Source: Octopus sinensis
Taxonomy: Eukaryota
Reading direction: 5' to 3'
NCBI RefSeq assembly: GCF_006345805.1
Contig: NW_021826254.1
Coordinates: forward strand, 1-35,636
DNA: 35,636 bases
Shown: positions 33,042-35,636 of the stretch, piece by piece
Numbering within the stretch: the first letter of the stretch is position 1
Layout of the letters: every line of letters begins with the position of its first letter
The notes under the pieces: model-generated
What the model was told of the DNA's origin: nothing
Database searches by the model: none
What the model saw: the letters and a program-made list of their open reading frames with translations, nothing else
Program-made: the position numbers and the translations under genes

Positions 33042-33860
33042 AATGGCAGCTGCAGGTATGCTTGAAGTGATAGCGACTGTAATGGTAGCCGTGGTCATAG
33101 AAACGAGCGATGATGATAATGGCGGGGATAGTAGACATGGCAGTGGTAGTGGTGATGGTAGCTGAGGGGGTGGTTGAGGTGGTGCTGAAGGAGATGCTGT
33201 TGTTGCTCTTGTTGTTGTTGTTGTTGTTGTTGTTGTGTTGTTGGTGGTGGTGGTGGTGGTGGTGGTGGTGGTAGTGCTAGTGGTGGTGCTAGTGGTGGTG
33301 GTGGTGGTGGTGGTACTGGTGGCGGCAGTGGTGGTGGTGATGGTGATGGTGGTAGTGATGGTGGTGGTGCTGGTGGTGGTGCTGGTGGTGGTGCTGGTGG
33401 TGGTGCTGGTGGTGGTGACATCGGCATCGGCAGCGGTGGTGGGGATAATAGTGGCGATTGTAATGATATTACAAGAGATAATTGGCGACGACGGCGGCGG
33501 TGCAGCGGCTGAGGCGGAGGAGCCGAGAGTGACAGGTGAAGAGGATGTCATTATCTCCATTACATAAGAAATCAAATGATACAAAAATTATGCAGAAACG
33601 CATTCGAACGTATCAGTGACTCAGGTAAATAGACAACGCCTTCCACAGATGCCTCTCTCTCCCGAGGGGAAACAATAATATTTACCGGAGTTAATTATTT
33701 ATTCATTCATTTATAAAAACGCCACCACCACAACCACCACCACCACCACCACCACCACCACAACCACCACCACAACCACCACCACCACCACCACCACCAC
33801 AACCACCACCACAACCACCACCACAACCACCACCACCACAACCACCACCACCACATCTAT
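32520..33860. repeat. Compound trinucleotide field: (GGT), (GAT)n, (GTT)n, (GGT)n, then (ACC)n
   Basis: Direct reading. Confidence 0.95.
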
Positions 33861-33951
33861 CGACACCGGTGGCGACGACTACGTCATCATGAACGGCAGA
33901 AAAGAGAAAGAAAAGAAACACTACTAAAATTATCTAATTTCTACTACTACT

Positions 33952-34332
33952 GGAGGCGCAATGGCCCAGTGGTTAGAGCAGCGGATTCGCGGTCGTAGGA
34001 TCGCGGTTTCGATTCCCAGACCGGGCTTTGTGAGTGTTTATTGAGCGAAAACACCTAAAAGCTCCACGAGGCTCCGGCAGGGGATGGTGGTGATCCCTGC
34101 TGTACTCTTTCACCACAACTTTCTCTCACTCTTACTTCCTGTTTCTGTTGTACCTGTATTTCAAAGGGCCGGCCTTGTCACTCTCTGTGTCACGCTGAAT
34201 ATCCCCGAGAACTACGTTAAGGGTACACGTGTCTGTGGAGTGCTCAGCCACTTGCACGTTAATTTCACGAGCAGGCTGTTCCGTTGATCGGATCAACCGG
34301 AACCCTCGTCGTCGTAACCGACGGAGTGCTTC
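33952..34332 (+). mobile_element. tRNA-Arg(TCG)-like SINE (OR-like, different head and body, tail Y)
   Basis: GGAGGCGCAATGGCCCAGTGGTTAGAGC...TTTCGATTCCC; tail shared with 29376; sits in (ACT)n. Confidence 0.9.
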
Positions 34333-34339
34333 CATCATC

Positions 34340-34728
34340 CACCACTACTACTGCTGCTGCTGTTGCTACTACTACTACTACTACTACTACTGCGATGACG
34401 ACGACGACCATGCCCACCACTACTACAACTAGCACCACTGTTAAGAATACTACCACCACTACCACAACTACTATCACAACAAGCACTAAAACCACTACCA
34501 TCCCCCCACCTCTACTACCATTTCTACTACGGCCACCACCACTACTGCTACCGGTACCACTACTATCTCCACCACCACTGCTACTACTACTACTACTAGC
34601 AGTTACAGTAGAGTAGTAGTAGTAGTAGTAGTAGTAGAGTAGTGTGGTTAAGAAGCTTGCTTCCCAATCACATAGTCCTGGGTTCAAGCTCACTGCGTGG
34701 CACCTTGGGCAAGTATCTTCTATTATAA

Positions 34729-34779
<51 letters not shown>

Positions 34780-34850
34780 ATGTGGTGGCTGCGGCGGCGG
34801 CGGTGGTGGTGGTGGTGATGGTAGTTGTAGCAGCAGTAACCACAGCAGCA
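34340..34850. repeat. (ACT/ACC)n followed by (AGT/GGT)n, containing an OK-like head fragment (34640-34725)
   Basis: Direct reading; GTGTGGTTAAGAAGCTTGCTTCCC...CACCTTGGGCAAG. Confidence 0.85.
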
Positions 34851-34988
34851 GCGTGTCATGTGAACTAGAGACTTCTGAACTACCGCAGCGACCTCCTCTT
34901 ATCCCCCTTCCCAGCCCCGATTAATAATAAAATCTCATCTAACCTTCTGATGTCAACCTGTCAACATCTCACATCGTCGTATCTCTTT

Positions 34989-35024
<36 letters not shown>

Positions 35025-35374
35025 CTCCTCCTACTCCTCCTCCAACATCCAGTAAGATTTAAAGTGAAACGGCAAGTAATCGTGATGGACAAAGAGACCC
35101 CTACTCTAACCCCATTCCCTTCTTAAACATCTTGAGCGACATCTACAATCCAGATAATTAATCATTTGGCTAGATTCCACAAGATTAAGTTGATCTCTTC
35201 TGTTGCTTCGAAAGATTAGGGGAATTGCTGCAAAACATTCAGTTCTTCACACAACTTTACGACTAAAATTCATGGCTTTTCCTTCGATTGCGCCGATTTT
35301 GCAGAATAGACGAAAGTACAGCCGAGAAGTTAAGCATAAGACTTGCAATTATAAAAAGATGTGTGATTCGTTAA

Positions 35375-35540
35375 TTGATAACGTTGAGTCCAGAACTAGA
35401 CTGGTACTTTATTTAACATCTGGAAGAGGTTATATACAAGGTCGTCTTCAGTGGGTTTTGAACTCGTTATGTAAAGCGCTGGAAGAAATACTGCGACGTG
35501 TTTTTTTTTTGTGTTTTTTTGACGTGCTAAGGATTTGGAT
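35375..35540 (-). mobile_element. Highly diverged Deu SINE
   Basis: CTGGTACTTTATTTAACATC...GAAGAGG...TTTGAACTC...GAAATAC...GTGCTAA. Confidence 0.5.
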
Positions 35541-35636
35541 GTGAGACATCTTGCCATAGCACTTTTGGCGCCGGCTGCTTGGCATCGCTGATTCGACGCT
35601 GACTTATTTGACTTTTTAAAGTTTCTCTCGTTTTAA

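Noticed and set aside
32529-33584. Poly-D, poly-H, poly-M and Pro/Gln-rich ORFs
   Set aside because: Open in many frames because of GAT/GGT repeats; no splice or domain evidence.

Overview
Repeat-saturated, AT-rich eukaryotic non-coding DNA with no intact host gene and no intact transposon ORF. The tRNA-derived SINE families resemble the octopus OK/OR1/OR2 SINEs as I recall them, so the source is probably an octopod cephalopod (inference, no database search). Most ORFs in the supplied track are translated microsatellites. The window holds four tRNA-headed SINE types; relics of mariner (DD34D), maT (DD37D), hAT/Buster, L1/Tx1, RTE and R4/Dong-type elements; foldback/MITE and Helitron-like elements; and many microsatellites. 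Two systems stand out. (1) Penelope-type minimal hammerhead ribozymes occur at five sites. One sits inside a tRNA-promoter SINE that is partly duplicated in tandem, so two cores could assemble as a dimeric hammerhead (17686-18016, minus). Another has an intact core (7763-7846, minus). (2) A Deu/Nin-domain SINE appears to insert preferentially at (G/A)GTA and AGAAT sites, including sites in its own head, building head-(body)n arrays enclosed by a single target-site duplication (TSD).
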